64,000 nucleotides of DNA from an uncultured delta proteobacterium (GTDB lineage Bacteria > Desulfobacterota > Deferrimicrobia > Deferrimicrobiales > Deferrimicrobiaceae), in contig CAVYRM010000001.1 in assembly GCA_963770975.1 (NCBI GenBank), forward strand, positions 127,792 to 191,791, read 5' to 3'. This document shows positions 35,230 through 46,391 of the stretch, in pieces. A program made the translations under genes and the position numbers. Position 1 is the first letter of the stretch. Each line of letters opens with the position of its first letter. Under the pieces are notes generated by a model. That model searched no databases and was not told where the DNA came from. It saw only the letters and a list, made by a program, of their open reading frames with translations.

Positions 35230-35436
35230 ATGGGAAACATGAAATGGGAATACGGCCAGATCTTCGTTCGTCAACCGGATGTGTTCGGAGGGCTTCCGAA
35301 AAACGGGCTCGAAATGGAGAAGATGAACCGCGCGGGCACGGAAGGGTGGGAGATGGTCGGGGTGGTCCCCTTCACCATCCCTTCGGGGGAAGTACGCGGT
35401 GCGTTCATCCTCTTCAAACGGGAGATCGCCGGCTGA
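35230..35436 (+). CDS. small DUF4177-like protein
   Basis: MGNMKWEYGQIFVRQ...GWEMVGVVP...AFILFKRE, 68 aa. The start at 35230 is preferred over the track ORF's 35167. Confidence 0.55.
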   Translation: MGNMKWEYGQIFVRQPDVFGGLPKNGLEMEKMNRAGTEGWEMVGVVPFTIPSGEVRGAFILFKREIAG

Positions 35437-35455
35437 ACCGGACGGCGGACATCGA

Positions 35456-38217
35456 TTGAAACGGTTCATCGTCCCCCTCGTACTCCTCCTCGCCTTCCTT
35501 GCGGAAGGACGCGGGAATGCAAGGCCTGCCTTCGACCAGGAGAAATGCTCCCTTTGCCACATCAAGGAGAGCGTGTTCTTCGACTCCTCCTTCCTGCCGC
35601 CGGACGGGTTGAAATCCTTCGGGGAAGAGCGTCTTTGCGGAAGCTGCCACAACGGTTCCGTCCAGGACAGCCGGGCCGAACTGTGGAGGGGAACGCAGCA
35701 TCCGGCCGCAGGGTCGGGAAAAGGGAGGTGCACGGGGTGCCACTCTCCGCATGCCAAGGGGGGGTGGGGAGCTCTCGCGGGGAACGGGGCGTCGTTGAGA
35801 AAGGGGGGGAACGCCCTCTGCGGAGGGTGCCATGCGGCACAGTCCGGGAACGGCGGACTCCTGCACGGAAAGCAGATCGGGAATGCCGGATGCAAGGAGT
35901 GTCACGTCGCCCACGGCGGAACCGGGAAGGCCCTGCTTCGCGATACCGGGAGCACGCTCTGCCGGAGATGCCACGGATCGATCAATCCGGAGAAGGACGG
36001 CGGCCATCCCCTCGACGGCAGGAAGGTGCGGGCCGGTGAATCCGCGGCGCTGCCCGGCTGCCTGGCGTGCCATCCCGTCCACGGGAAAAAGGGCGATACG
36101 GTGGACCTCGCCGACCGGTGCGGCTCCTGCCACGCATTCGGGGGAAAAGGGAAGGGGGCCGAGACCCGGTCGCACTCCGGCGTGGGAAAGTGCACCACGT
36201 GCCATACGTTCCACTCGCGGACCGGGGATGGCGGCCGTGCATTCCGCGGAAAGGATATCCGGTCGGATGCGTTGTGCCGGTCGTGCCACCCTTCCTTCAA
36301 CGCCGCGGATGTCCGGGCGGGACGGGCTGCCGGCACGCACGTCACGATCTCCGGGGAGGGACGCCGCGACATCTGCGGCCGTTGCCACCAACTGCACGGC
36401 GCGCCCGCCGGGACACCGCTGCTTCGCTCGCGAAAGTCCTACTTCTGCCTGGACTGCCACGACAGCCAGAACACGATCCGGGAGAGCAGCGGCATCTCGC
36501 TGGCGCATCCCGTGTTCGAGAAGGTCACGAAAGGGCGGCTGGCCGACGTGGTCCGGGAGAAAAAGGTTGCGGTCGGCCCGGCCGGAGAGATCATCTGCGC
36601 CACCTGCCACAAGGTGCACGGAGCGGAAAAGGAGACGCCGCTGCTCGCTTCCGGGGCCGACAAGGGGGAGAGCTGTTCCTGGTGTCACCCGGGCATGCGT
36701 GGGAAATCCCACGGAAAGACCGGCGGCTGGACGTCTCCCGGATGCGATGGGTGCCACCCGGTTCACGGACGAAAGAGTGCGGACGGCGACCCGTGGGGCC
36801 TGCTCTGCCGAAAATGCCATCCGCGGTCTTCCGCGCACCAGGCCGGAATCGGCGATCGCGTCACGGGCAGGGCGATGGACCTCCCGGAGTTCGATCCGCG
36901 GGGAAGAACGGCCGCGTACGGTGCCATCACATGTCCGACGTGTCACGACCCCCACGGGGACAGCGCCCTGCCGAAACGCCTGCGGAAACAGTACCGGCCG
37001 AACGGCTTCCTCTGCACCACCTGCCACCGGTCCCAGGACACGGTCGTCCTCACCCCCCACGATCTGCGGGGCATCGCGGGGGATGGCGTCTGCGAACCTT
37101 GCCACAAACCCCATGCGGGGGAATCTCCGTGGATGTGGGGATTGGCGAGGGGGGCAGGCGAAACGGGGGAGGAATCGTGCCGGGCCTGCCACCTCGCGGG
37201 AGAAGGGAAGGGACTGGGAATGCCGGTCCCCCGGGGGGGGCACCCGACGAACGTCCTTGCTTCCCGCCCCCTTCCGGACCGGTTTCCGAGGATCGGACCC
37301 GAAGGTCGTTTCTCCGAAACGGGGGTCATCTCCTGCTCCACATGCCACGTCGTGCACGGCCGCGGAGTCATGCCGGTGGGCCAGGGAGTCGGAAAACTCC
37401 TGCGAGCTTCGGATGCTTCCCGGAGCAACCCCGTCCGCCATCGGCGATCTGCGCGGAATGCCACCCGGGGAAGGACCGCCGGCACGGGGCGGCGGACTGT
37501 CTCGCCTGTCATCCTCCGCACAGGGATGAAAAGGCGGGAGCGGCCTGCCTGAAATGCCACCCCGGCCAGAAGGGCGCACTGGTCGAACGACACGGGAAAA
37601 CGGGGGCCGCCTGCGGTTCCTGCCACAAGTTGCACGCCAAGGATGCGGAGGCGGGAAATTCCGGGGAACGCTGCGTCCGTTGCCATTCCACCACCCGGAA
37701 GATCCTGAAAACCCCCCATGCGGCGCTGGGAGCGAACGCCTGCGACGGGTGCCACCCGGCCCACAAGGAAATCCAGGTTCACACCTTCCGCCCGAAGCTG
37801 GGCGAGGAGATATTTCCACCGGACCTGCTGTGCCTGCGATGCCATCGCGAAGGAAGAACGGCCCCGGCGCCGAAGTGGCCGAACCATCCGGCGCGTACGC
37901 AGGAGGTGCCGACGAACTACGGCGCGAAAGTCATCCTGGAAACCCCGGTCACGATGGTGGGTCGGTACAAGGAGGGTTCACGCCCGATGTTCCCGCTGTT
38001 CGACGCGGCAGGGAAGCCGGCGCTCTCCGGCACGATGGGGTGCCTGACCTGCCACGATCCCCATGCCGGGGGCGCACGGAACGACAAACCTGCGGCGAAT
38101 GCCTACCTTCGGGATGCGAGCTCGGTTTTTCTGGCCGAAATTTGTGGTTCCTGCCACAAGGAGAATACGGTGGAAAGGGTCCGGAAATTCCACGTCATGC
38201 CGAGAGTGCCGCGATAA
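35456..38217 (+). CDS. giant ~30-heme c-type cytochrome, apparently frameshifted at about 37400-37450
   Basis: TTG at 35456 gives the signal peptide MKRFIVPLVLLLAFLAEGRGNA. 21 CxxCH motifs lie in the frame of ORF 35399..37552. 9 more lie in the frame of ORF 36067..38217. Adding one C to the C4 run at 37429-37432 joins them (..SNPRPPSAICAECHPG..). Confidence 0.7.
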
Positions 38218-38273
38218 AGGAACATTTCCTGCGAACGTTCGACCGCATTTTTCGATATGATGTTGGACACGAC

Positions 38274-38657
38274 ATGGGACGGATTGGCGACAGCAAAGAG
38301 GTGACGATCCCCCTGAAGAACCCGGGACGGGGGAAGCGGAGGATACCGCTGTTCATCGCCGCCGGTCTCGTCTTTGCGGCGGTGTTCATCTCCCTCTTCC
38401 GGGACATGGGCGTCGTGGACAGTTGGAAGCTCGATCGAACGGAACGGCAGCTGCGCGAGGAGGTCGTGAAGCTTCGGCAGGAAAACGCGATTTTGAAACA
38501 AACGGTCGAGGACCTGCGCAGCAACCCTGCGGTCATCGAACAGGAAGCCCGGCGGATCGGTCTCATAAAGGAGGGGGAGAACGTGATCGTCGTTCCCCCG
38601 AAACCGGATGCCTCCTCCAAATCGCCCGTAAAACCCACTCCAACGAAGCGTCCATAG
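38274..38657 (+). CDS. ftsB: septum formation initiator FtsB/DivIC-family protein
   Basis: TM helix IPLFIAAGLVFAAVFISLF, then the coiled coil LDRTERQLREEVVKLRQENAILKQTVEDLRSNPAVIEQEARR. 127 aa. Confidence 0.75.
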   Translation: MGRIGDSKEVTIPLKNPGRGKRRIPLFIAAGLVFAAVFISLFRDMGVVDSWKLDRTERQLREEVVKLRQENAILKQTVEDLRSNPAVIEQEARRIGLIKEGENVIVVPPKPDASSKSPVKPTPTKRP

Positions 38658-38694
38658 GGCACAGGAGCGTCTTCCTACGCCGTGCCGGGGCACG

Positions 38695-38723
38695 TTGACA
38701 CCTCTGCCGGATAGGGGATAAAC
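38695..38723 (+). promoter_or_regulatory. candidate sigma70 promoter for argS
   Basis: TTGACA at 38695-38700, a 17-nt spacer, then ATAAAC at 38718-38723, which is a weak -10. Confidence 0.3.
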
Positions 38724-38760
38724 TGCCTACTTTACGAATATTTATCCATCGAGGGGGCAG

Positions 38761-40425
38761 TTGGACGCTCGGCAGATCGTCGAATCCATCGTCTTCTCCG
38801 CGGTGCGCAAAAAACTCGCGGAGTGGGACGCGCAGAACGAGTTTTCGGTTGCCCTCGAGATCCCGAAGCAGGAATCCCACGGGGACTTCTCGACCAACGC
38901 CGCGATGCAGCTCGCCGGAAAAATCGGCAGGAAGCCCCGCGCTGTGGCCGAGGAACTCGTTTCCGCGCTACGCGAAGAGGATACCCGCGGGCGGTTCGCC
39001 TCCCTGTCCATCGCCGGCCCCGGATTCATCAACATCGTCCTTTCCGAGGATCTCTGGAGGGAAATCCTGTCGGTCGCCCTTGCGAAAGGGCACCGGTTCG
39101 GAGCCTCCGTCCTGGGGGCGGGGAAGACCGTGCACATCGAGTTCGTCTCGGCGAATCCGACGGGGCCTCTCCACGTGGGCCACGGCCGCGGTGCCGCCGT
39201 CGGGGATGCGCTCGCCAGGATCCTCGAGTTCACCGGGCACAAGGTCATCCGGGAATATTACGTGAATGACGTCGGGAACCAGATGGACAACCTCGGACGG
39301 TCCCTGTTGGCAAGGTACCGTACCGAGTGCGGACGGCCCTCCGAACTTCCGGAAGACGGGTACCGCGGCGACTACATGATCGAACTCGCGCGGGACCTGC
39401 GCGGCGAGGTCGGGGACGCGTTCGCCGATTTGCCGGAGGAAGAGGCGCTGCCGCGGTTCCGGAAGGAGGCGGGGGACCGGATCCTGAAGGGGATACGGGA
39501 AGATCTCGAGTCGTTCCGGGTGAGGTACGATCGGTGGTTCGCGGAAATGGAACTGCACGATCGGGGACTCGTTTCGGCGGCGCTCGAGGATCTTCGGGCG
39601 CGCGGTCACCTCTACGAATCCGAAGGCGCCACCTACTTTCGCAGCCAGGCGCTGGGCGACGAGAAGGACCGCGTTCTGGTCCGGGCCGACGGCCGGACCA
39701 CCTATTTCGCGGCGGACGTCGCCTATCACCGCCACAAGCTGCGGGAAGGGTACTCGGGATTGATCGACATCTGGGGCGCGGACCACCACGGCTATGTGCC
39801 GAGGCTGCGCGCGGCGCTGAAAGGGCTGGGCGAGGACGAGAACCGCCTGGAAGTCCTGCTCGTCCAGTTCGTGACGCTGATCCGCGACGGGAAGGCCGTA
39901 CAGATGTCCACCCGCTCGGGGGAGTTCACCACCCTGCGGGAAGTGCTCGACGAGGTGGGTGTGGACGCCGCGCGCTTCTTCTACCTTCTGCGGAGTTTTC
40001 ACACGCACCTCGACTTCGACCTCACGCTGGCGAAGACGCAGTCGCGGACGAACCCCGTGTACTACATCCAGTACGTGCACGCCAGGATCTGCAGCATCTT
40101 CCGGGAGGCGGAAACCCGCGGGGATTCGCTCGCCGGCCGCCCCCCGCTTTCCATCCTGTCGTTCCCCGAAGAGGTCCGGCTGATGAAAGCCGTCGCCCGC
40201 TTCCCGGACGTCGTTTCGGAGAGCGCGAAGATGCGCGAACCCCACCGGATCGCCTTCTACCTGATCGAGGTCGCGGACCAGTTCCACGCCTTCTACCAAA
40301 GGCACCGGTTTCTCGGGGAGACTCCCGAGCGGACGCAGGCCCGCCTGGCCCTCGCTCTTGCGGTGAAGACGGTCGTCGGTTCCGGCCTTTCCCTCATCGG
40401 CGTAGCCGCCCCGGAGCGGATGTGA
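38761..40425 (+). CDS. argS: arginine--tRNA ligase
   Basis: Class I HIGH motif (PTGPLHVGHGRG). Anticodon-binding C-terminus. 554 aa. Confidence 0.95.
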   Translation: MDARQIVESIVFSAVRKKLAEWDAQNEFSVALEIPKQESHGDFSTNAAMQLAGKIGRKPRAVAEELVSALREEDTRGRFASLSIAGPGFINIVLSEDLWREILSVALAKGHRFGASVLGAGKTVHIEFVSANPTGPLHVGHGRGAAVGDALARILEFTGHKVIREYYVNDVGNQMDNLGRSLLARYRTECGRPSELPEDGYRGDYMIELARDLRGEVGDAFADLPEEEALPRFRKEAGDRILKGIREDLESFRVRYDRWFAEMELHDRGLVSAALEDLRARGHLYESEGATYFRSQALGDEKDRVLVRADGRTTYFAADVAYHRHKLREGYSGLIDIWGADHHGYVPRLRAALKGLGEDENRLEVLLVQFVTLIRDGKAVQMSTRSGEFTTLREVLDEVGVDAARFFYLLRSFHTHLDFDLTLAKTQSRTNPVYYIQYVHARICSIFREAETRGDSLAGRPPLSILSFPEEVRLMKAVARFPDVVSESAKMREPHRIAFYLIEVADQFHAFYQRHRFLGETPERTQARLALALAVKTVVGSGLSLIGVAAPERM

Positions 40426-41093
40426 GATCCCTTCGCCACATATTCGGGCGTCGGAGGGGGGAGTCGGACCGCCATTCGTTCGCTTTCTTCGTCGTCGGGG
40501 CCCTCGTCGTGATCGCGGTGGCCGTTCTCCTCGGTTTCCAGCTGGGAAGGTACATCGAGAAGAGCGCGGTGAAGGGGGAGCCCCCGGAGAGAAACGTCGG
40601 GAAGGGATACCCCGGGGACAACGGGTTCAGGGCCGCCACTCCCGCGGACATCCGGAAGGACATCTCGGCATTTTCGGAGGAGGCGGTGAAGATCCCCGCG
40701 GTGTCCCCGCCTCCGGCCGATCTTCCGACAGCGGGAGAGGACCTGAGGAGAACGGAAGCCGAGGCGACCTTTCCGGAAACGCTCTCCCGAAAGGACCCTT
40801 CGCCGGATCCGCTCGCGACGAAGAAGGAAAAATCGAAGGTTCCCCCTCCCGCCGTCGGCAAGAAGTTCTACCTCCAGGCGGGCGCCATGAAAACGAAGGA
40901 AACGGCGGAGGAGATGCGGAAACGGCTCGAGAAGAAGGGCCACAGGACGATCGTCAGCCGCGTCGCGAATCCGAAGCTCGGCACGGTGTTCCGGGTGCGC
41001 GTGGGTCCTTTCGATACCAGGGAAGAAGCCCTGAAAGCGATGAAGGCGATACGGACGGATATGAAGATCGACGTCATCCTGCTGCAAGGCTGA
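40422..41093 (+). CDS. SPOR-domain protein (N-terminal TM, Pro-rich linker, C-terminal peptidoglycan-binding SPOR)
   Basis: GTG at 40422 overlaps the argS stop. TM helix FAFFVVGALVVIAVAVLLGF. C-terminal FYLQAGAMKTKETAEEMRKRLEKKGH...FRVRVGPFDTREEALKAMKAIR is the SPOR fold signature. Confidence 0.75.
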   Translation: MRSLRHIFGRRRGESDRHSFAFFVVGALVVIAVAVLLGFQLGRYIEKSAVKGEPPERNVGKGYPGDNGFRAATPADIRKDISAFSEEAVKIPAVSPPPADLPTAGEDLRRTEAEATFPETLSRKDPSPDPLATKKEKSKVPPPAVGKKFYLQAGAMKTKETAEEMRKRLEKKGHRTIVSRVANPKLGTVFRVRVGPFDTREEALKAMKAIRTDMKIDVILLQG

Positions 41094-41102
41094 GGTGAAA
41101 AC

Positions 41103-42585
41103 GTGATCGTACCCGACAGGGAGCAGTTCCTCGAACAGGCCGCGGGAGGCGCGCTCGTCCCGATGTTCCGCGAGTTTCATGCCGACCTCGAGACGCCGGT
41201 ATCGGCATACCTGAAGATTTCCGCCCGGTTCCCGACCGACCACTTCCTCCTGGAAAGCGTCGAGGGGGGGAGAAGTGGGCACGGTACTCCTTCATCGGGT
41301 TCGACCCCCACCTGTGCTTCCGTGCGGACGCGAACGGGATCTCGGTCCGGAAAGGGGCGGAGACGAAGACCGTTCCCGTCGACGGGGATCCACTCGAGGC
41401 ACTCGAGGGGCTGCTGAAGGGGATCCGCTTTCGGCCGGACCCGGGTCTTCCGAGACTCTCCGGAGGAGCCGTCGGATTCATCGCGTACGACTATGTTCGA
41501 TATCTCGAACGGGTCGGGATCGAGGGGGGTTCGAACGGGGCCCCGGATGCCATGTTCCTTTTCCCGTCTCGCCTAGTGATCTTCGACAACGTCCGCCATA
41601 CGATCCGTATCGTCGCCCACGCCGGAATCGACGGGAACGAAGAGCCGGATTCGGCCTACGAGCGCGCCCTCGCAGGCATCGACGAGGTATGGCGGATCCT
41701 CCGGGAACCGATGGACTGGTCCGACGTGCCCGATGAGGAAACCGAAGGGGAATCCACCGGTTTCGAGATCCCGAGGGAAACGTTCCTCGAAGCGGTGCGG
41801 AAAACCAAGGAGCATATCCGGAACGGCGATATCATCCAGGCGGTCATCTCCAACCGGGCGACCGTCCGCACCCGCCGCACCCCGGCAGAAGCGTATCGGG
41901 TGCTGCGTGCCCTGAACCCGTCTCCCTACATGTACCTGCTGAAAATGGGGGAAATGGCGGTGGTGGGCTCCTCGCCGGAAATCCTCGTCCGGCTCGAAGG
42001 GGACGAGATCCAGCTGCGGCCGATCGCGGGCACGCGTCCGCGCGGCGGTAGCCCGGAAGAGGACCGCCGTATGGAAGCGGAGCTGCTCTCCGACCCGAAG
42101 GAGATCGCGGAGCACGTGATGCTGGTGGACCTCGGGCGAAACGACGTGGGCCGGGTTGCCGCCTGGGGGTCCGTGAAGGCCGACGAATTGATGGTGGTGG
42201 AGAAATATTCCCACGTCATGCACATCGTATCCAACGTGGTGGGAAAGCTTCGGAAAGGGTTGACGGCATTCGACGTGCTCCGCGCCGCGTTTCCCGCGGG
42301 CACGGTCTCCGGCGCCCCGAAGGTCCGGGCGATGCAGATCATCACCGGGACCGAGCCGTTCCGGCGCGGCATCTACGCCGGAGCGGTAGGGTATTTCGAT
42401 CTCCAGGGAAGCATGGACTTCTGCATCGCCATCCGGACCATCGTGATGTCGGGGGGGGAGGCGATGATCCAGGCCGGCGCCGGGATCGTGGCGGATTCGG
42501 ACCCGGCCCGGGAGTGGGACGAGATCCTCAGCAAGGTGAAGATCCTGTTCCGCGCGGTCGGGGTGTCGACAACGGGAGGTTCCCG

Positions 42586-42589
<4 letters not shown>
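41103..42589 (+). CDS. trpE: anthranilate synthase component I, frameshifted at the G7 run at 41264-41270
   Basis: The N-terminal 55 aa are in the frame of ORF 41103..41417. From ..[19 protein letters not shown] onward the protein reads in the frame of ORF 41552..42589. The catalytic [25 protein letters not shown]...GAPK motifs are intact. Confidence 0.85.
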
Positions 42590-44208
<1,619 letters not shown>

Positions 44209-44214
44209 TTCCCG

Positions 44215-44991
44215 ATGGCGTCGCACCTCGAGCGGATACTGGCCGGCGTCCGGGAGGACCTGTCCCTCCGGAAATCGACCGCTTCGATGGAAGATCTCCT
44301 GCGGAAGGAGGATTCCCGCGGACCCGCGAAAGACCTCCTGCGGTCCGTGCCGGAAGCCCCCGGCATCATCGCGGAGATCAAGCGCGCCTCGCCGTCCCGC
44401 GGCTGGATCCGGAAGGACCTGGATGCCGTCGCGACGGCCGGGGCGTATCTCCGGGGGGGGACATGGGCGATCTCCGTCCTGACGGAGACGAGATGCTTCG
44501 GCGGCACGCTGGGGGACCTCTCGTCCGTCCGCGACGCCTACCCGGGCGCGATCCTGTTGAGGAAGGATTTCGTGCTGGACGAGTACATGCTTGCCGAATC
44601 CAGGGCGTACGGCGCGGACATCGTCCTTCTCATGGTCTCCGTGCTCGGCGGGCATACGGCCGGGATGGCCGCCCGTGCGAGGATCCACGGGCTGGAACCC
44701 CTGGTGGAGGTGCGCAACGAGGCGGAGATCGCGATCGCGGCGCGTTCCGGGGCAAGGCTGATCGGAATCAACAACCGTGATCTCGATACGTTGACTGTGG
44801 ACCTGTCGACTGGGGAACGACTTCTCCCGCTCCTGCCGCCGGGGACGATCCCGGTGGTGGAGAGCGGCATCACGGGAGCGTCACAGGTGAGACGGTTCCG
44901 TGATATGGGCGCGCGGCTTTTTCTCGTCGGCGAATCCCTCGCGAACAGCGAGGACCCCGCAGACAAGATCCGGGAGTATGTGGGAAAATGA
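44215..44991 (+). CDS. trpC: indole-3-glycerol phosphate synthase
   Basis: IIAEIKRASPSRG...VLTE...LLRKDF...GINNRDL are the TrpC signature motifs. Confidence 0.93.
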   Translation: MASHLERILAGVREDLSLRKSTASMEDLLRKEDSRGPAKDLLRSVPEAPGIIAEIKRASPSRGWIRKDLDAVATAGAYLRGGTWAISVLTETRCFGGTLGDLSSVRDAYPGAILLRKDFVLDEYMLAESRAYGADIVLLMVSVLGGHTAGMAARARIHGLEPLVEVRNEAEIAIAARSGARLIGINNRDLDTLTVDLSTGERLLPLLPPGTIPVVESGITGASQVRRFRDMGARLFLVGESLANSEDPADKIREYVGK

Positions 44992-45022
44992 CCCCGAATC
45001 AGGTCGCAAAGGAGCCGGAGCA

Positions 45023-46381
45023 ATGAAGGTGAAGTTCCTGCTGAAAGACTCGGAGATCCCGAAGACCTGGTACAACATCATGGCCGACATGCCGAACCCT
45101 CCGGCGGCGGTCCTGCACCCCGGCACTGGAAAACCGGTGAGCCCGGACGACCTCCTCCCACTGTTCCCCATGCCGCTGATCGAGCAGGAAGTGTCGGCCC
45201 AGCGGGAGATCCCCATCCCCGAGGGAGTCCGGGATATCTACACCCTCTGGCGGCCGACCCCGATGTTTCGGGCGTTGCGCCTCGAGGAGGCGCTGGGGAC
45301 CCGGTCGAAGATCTACTACAAGTACGAGGGAGTGAGCCCGGCGGGGAGCCACAAGCCGAACACCTCGATCCCGCAGGCATACTACAACAAGATGGCCGGG
45401 CGGAAGCGGATCGCGACGGAGACCGGCGCGGGGCAATGGGGTTCCGCCATGGCGCTCGCGGGAACGTTCTTCGGGCTCGAAGTGAAGGTCTACATGGTGA
45501 AAGTGAGCTACAACCAGAAGCCGTACCGAAGGATGCTGATGGAAACCTGGGGCGCGAAGGTCGTGCCGTCCCCCAGCGAGGACACGAATTCGGGCCGCGC
45601 GATCCTCGCGGGAGATCCCGACTCCCCCGGATCCCTGGGCATAGCGATCAGCGAGGCCGTGGAGGATGCGGCGACGCGCGAGGACACCAGCTACGCCCTC
45701 GGCTCGGTCCTCAACCATGTCTGCCTCCACCAGACGGTCATCGGTCTCGAAGCGAAGGAACAGATGAAACTGGCCGGGGATTACCCGGACGTGGTGATCG
45801 GGTGCTGCGGCGGCGGCAGCAACCTCGCGGGGATCGGCTTCCCCTTCCTCCGCGACAAGATCGCGGGGACGAAGGATCCCAGGATCGTCGCCGCCGAGCC
45901 GTCCTCCTGCCCGACGCTCACCAAGGGGATCTACGCCTACGACTTCGGCGACACGGCGAAACTCACGCCCATGATCAAGATGTACACCCTCGGGCACGAT
46001 TTCGTGCCCGCCGGGATCCACGCGGGGGGATTGCGGTACCACGGGGATTCCGCGCTGATCAGCCAGATGCGGCACGAGGGACTGCTCGAGGCGCAGGCCT
46101 ACGGCCAGATCGCGGTGTTCCAGAGCGCGATGATCTTCGCGCGGACCGAAGGGATCCTTCCCGCCCCGGAATCTTCCCACGCCATCCATTCGGCCATCGT
46201 AGAGGCGAAGCGGGCGGACGAGGAGGGAACAACCCGGACGATCCTCTTCAACCTGAGCGGCCACGGATTCTTCGACCTCACGGCCTACGACGACTTCCTC
46301 AACGGGCGCCTGAAGGATTACGACTACCCGGAGGAGAAGATCGCCGAGGCGCTGCACCGTCTGCCCAAGGTCGAGGGGTAG
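45023..46381 (+). CDS. trpB2: TrpB2-type tryptophan synthase beta-like protein
   Basis: 452 aa. The long N-terminal extension and YKYEGVSPAGSHKPN...CCGGGSN are TrpB2 family hallmarks. Confidence 0.88.
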   Translation: MKVKFLLKDSEIPKTWYNIMADMPNPPAAVLHPGTGKPVSPDDLLPLFPMPLIEQEVSAQREIPIPEGVRDIYTLWRPTPMFRALRLEEALGTRSKIYYKYEGVSPAGSHKPNTSIPQAYYNKMAGRKRIATETGAGQWGSAMALAGTFFGLEVKVYMVKVSYNQKPYRRMLMETWGAKVVPSPSEDTNSGRAILAGDPDSPGSLGIAISEAVEDAATREDTSYALGSVLNHVCLHQTVIGLEAKEQMKLAGDYPDVVIGCCGGGSNLAGIGFPFLRDKIAGTKDPRIVAAEPSSCPTLTKGIYAYDFGDTAKLTPMIKMYTLGHDFVPAGIHAGGLRYHGDSALISQMRHEGLLEAQAYGQIAVFQSAMIFARTEGILPAPESSHAIHSAIVEAKRADEEGTTRTILFNLSGHGFFDLTAYDDFLNGRLKDYDYPEEKIAEALHRLPKVEG

Positions 46382-46391
46382 CGCCGGGAGG

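Noticed and set aside
36067-38217. A 716-aa ORF that might be an independent gene.
   Set aside because: Its first ~450 codons are out of frame over the upstream cytochrome and carry no CxxCH motifs, with no signal peptide. Only the part downstream of about 37430 is cytochrome-like and continues the frameshifted upstream gene.
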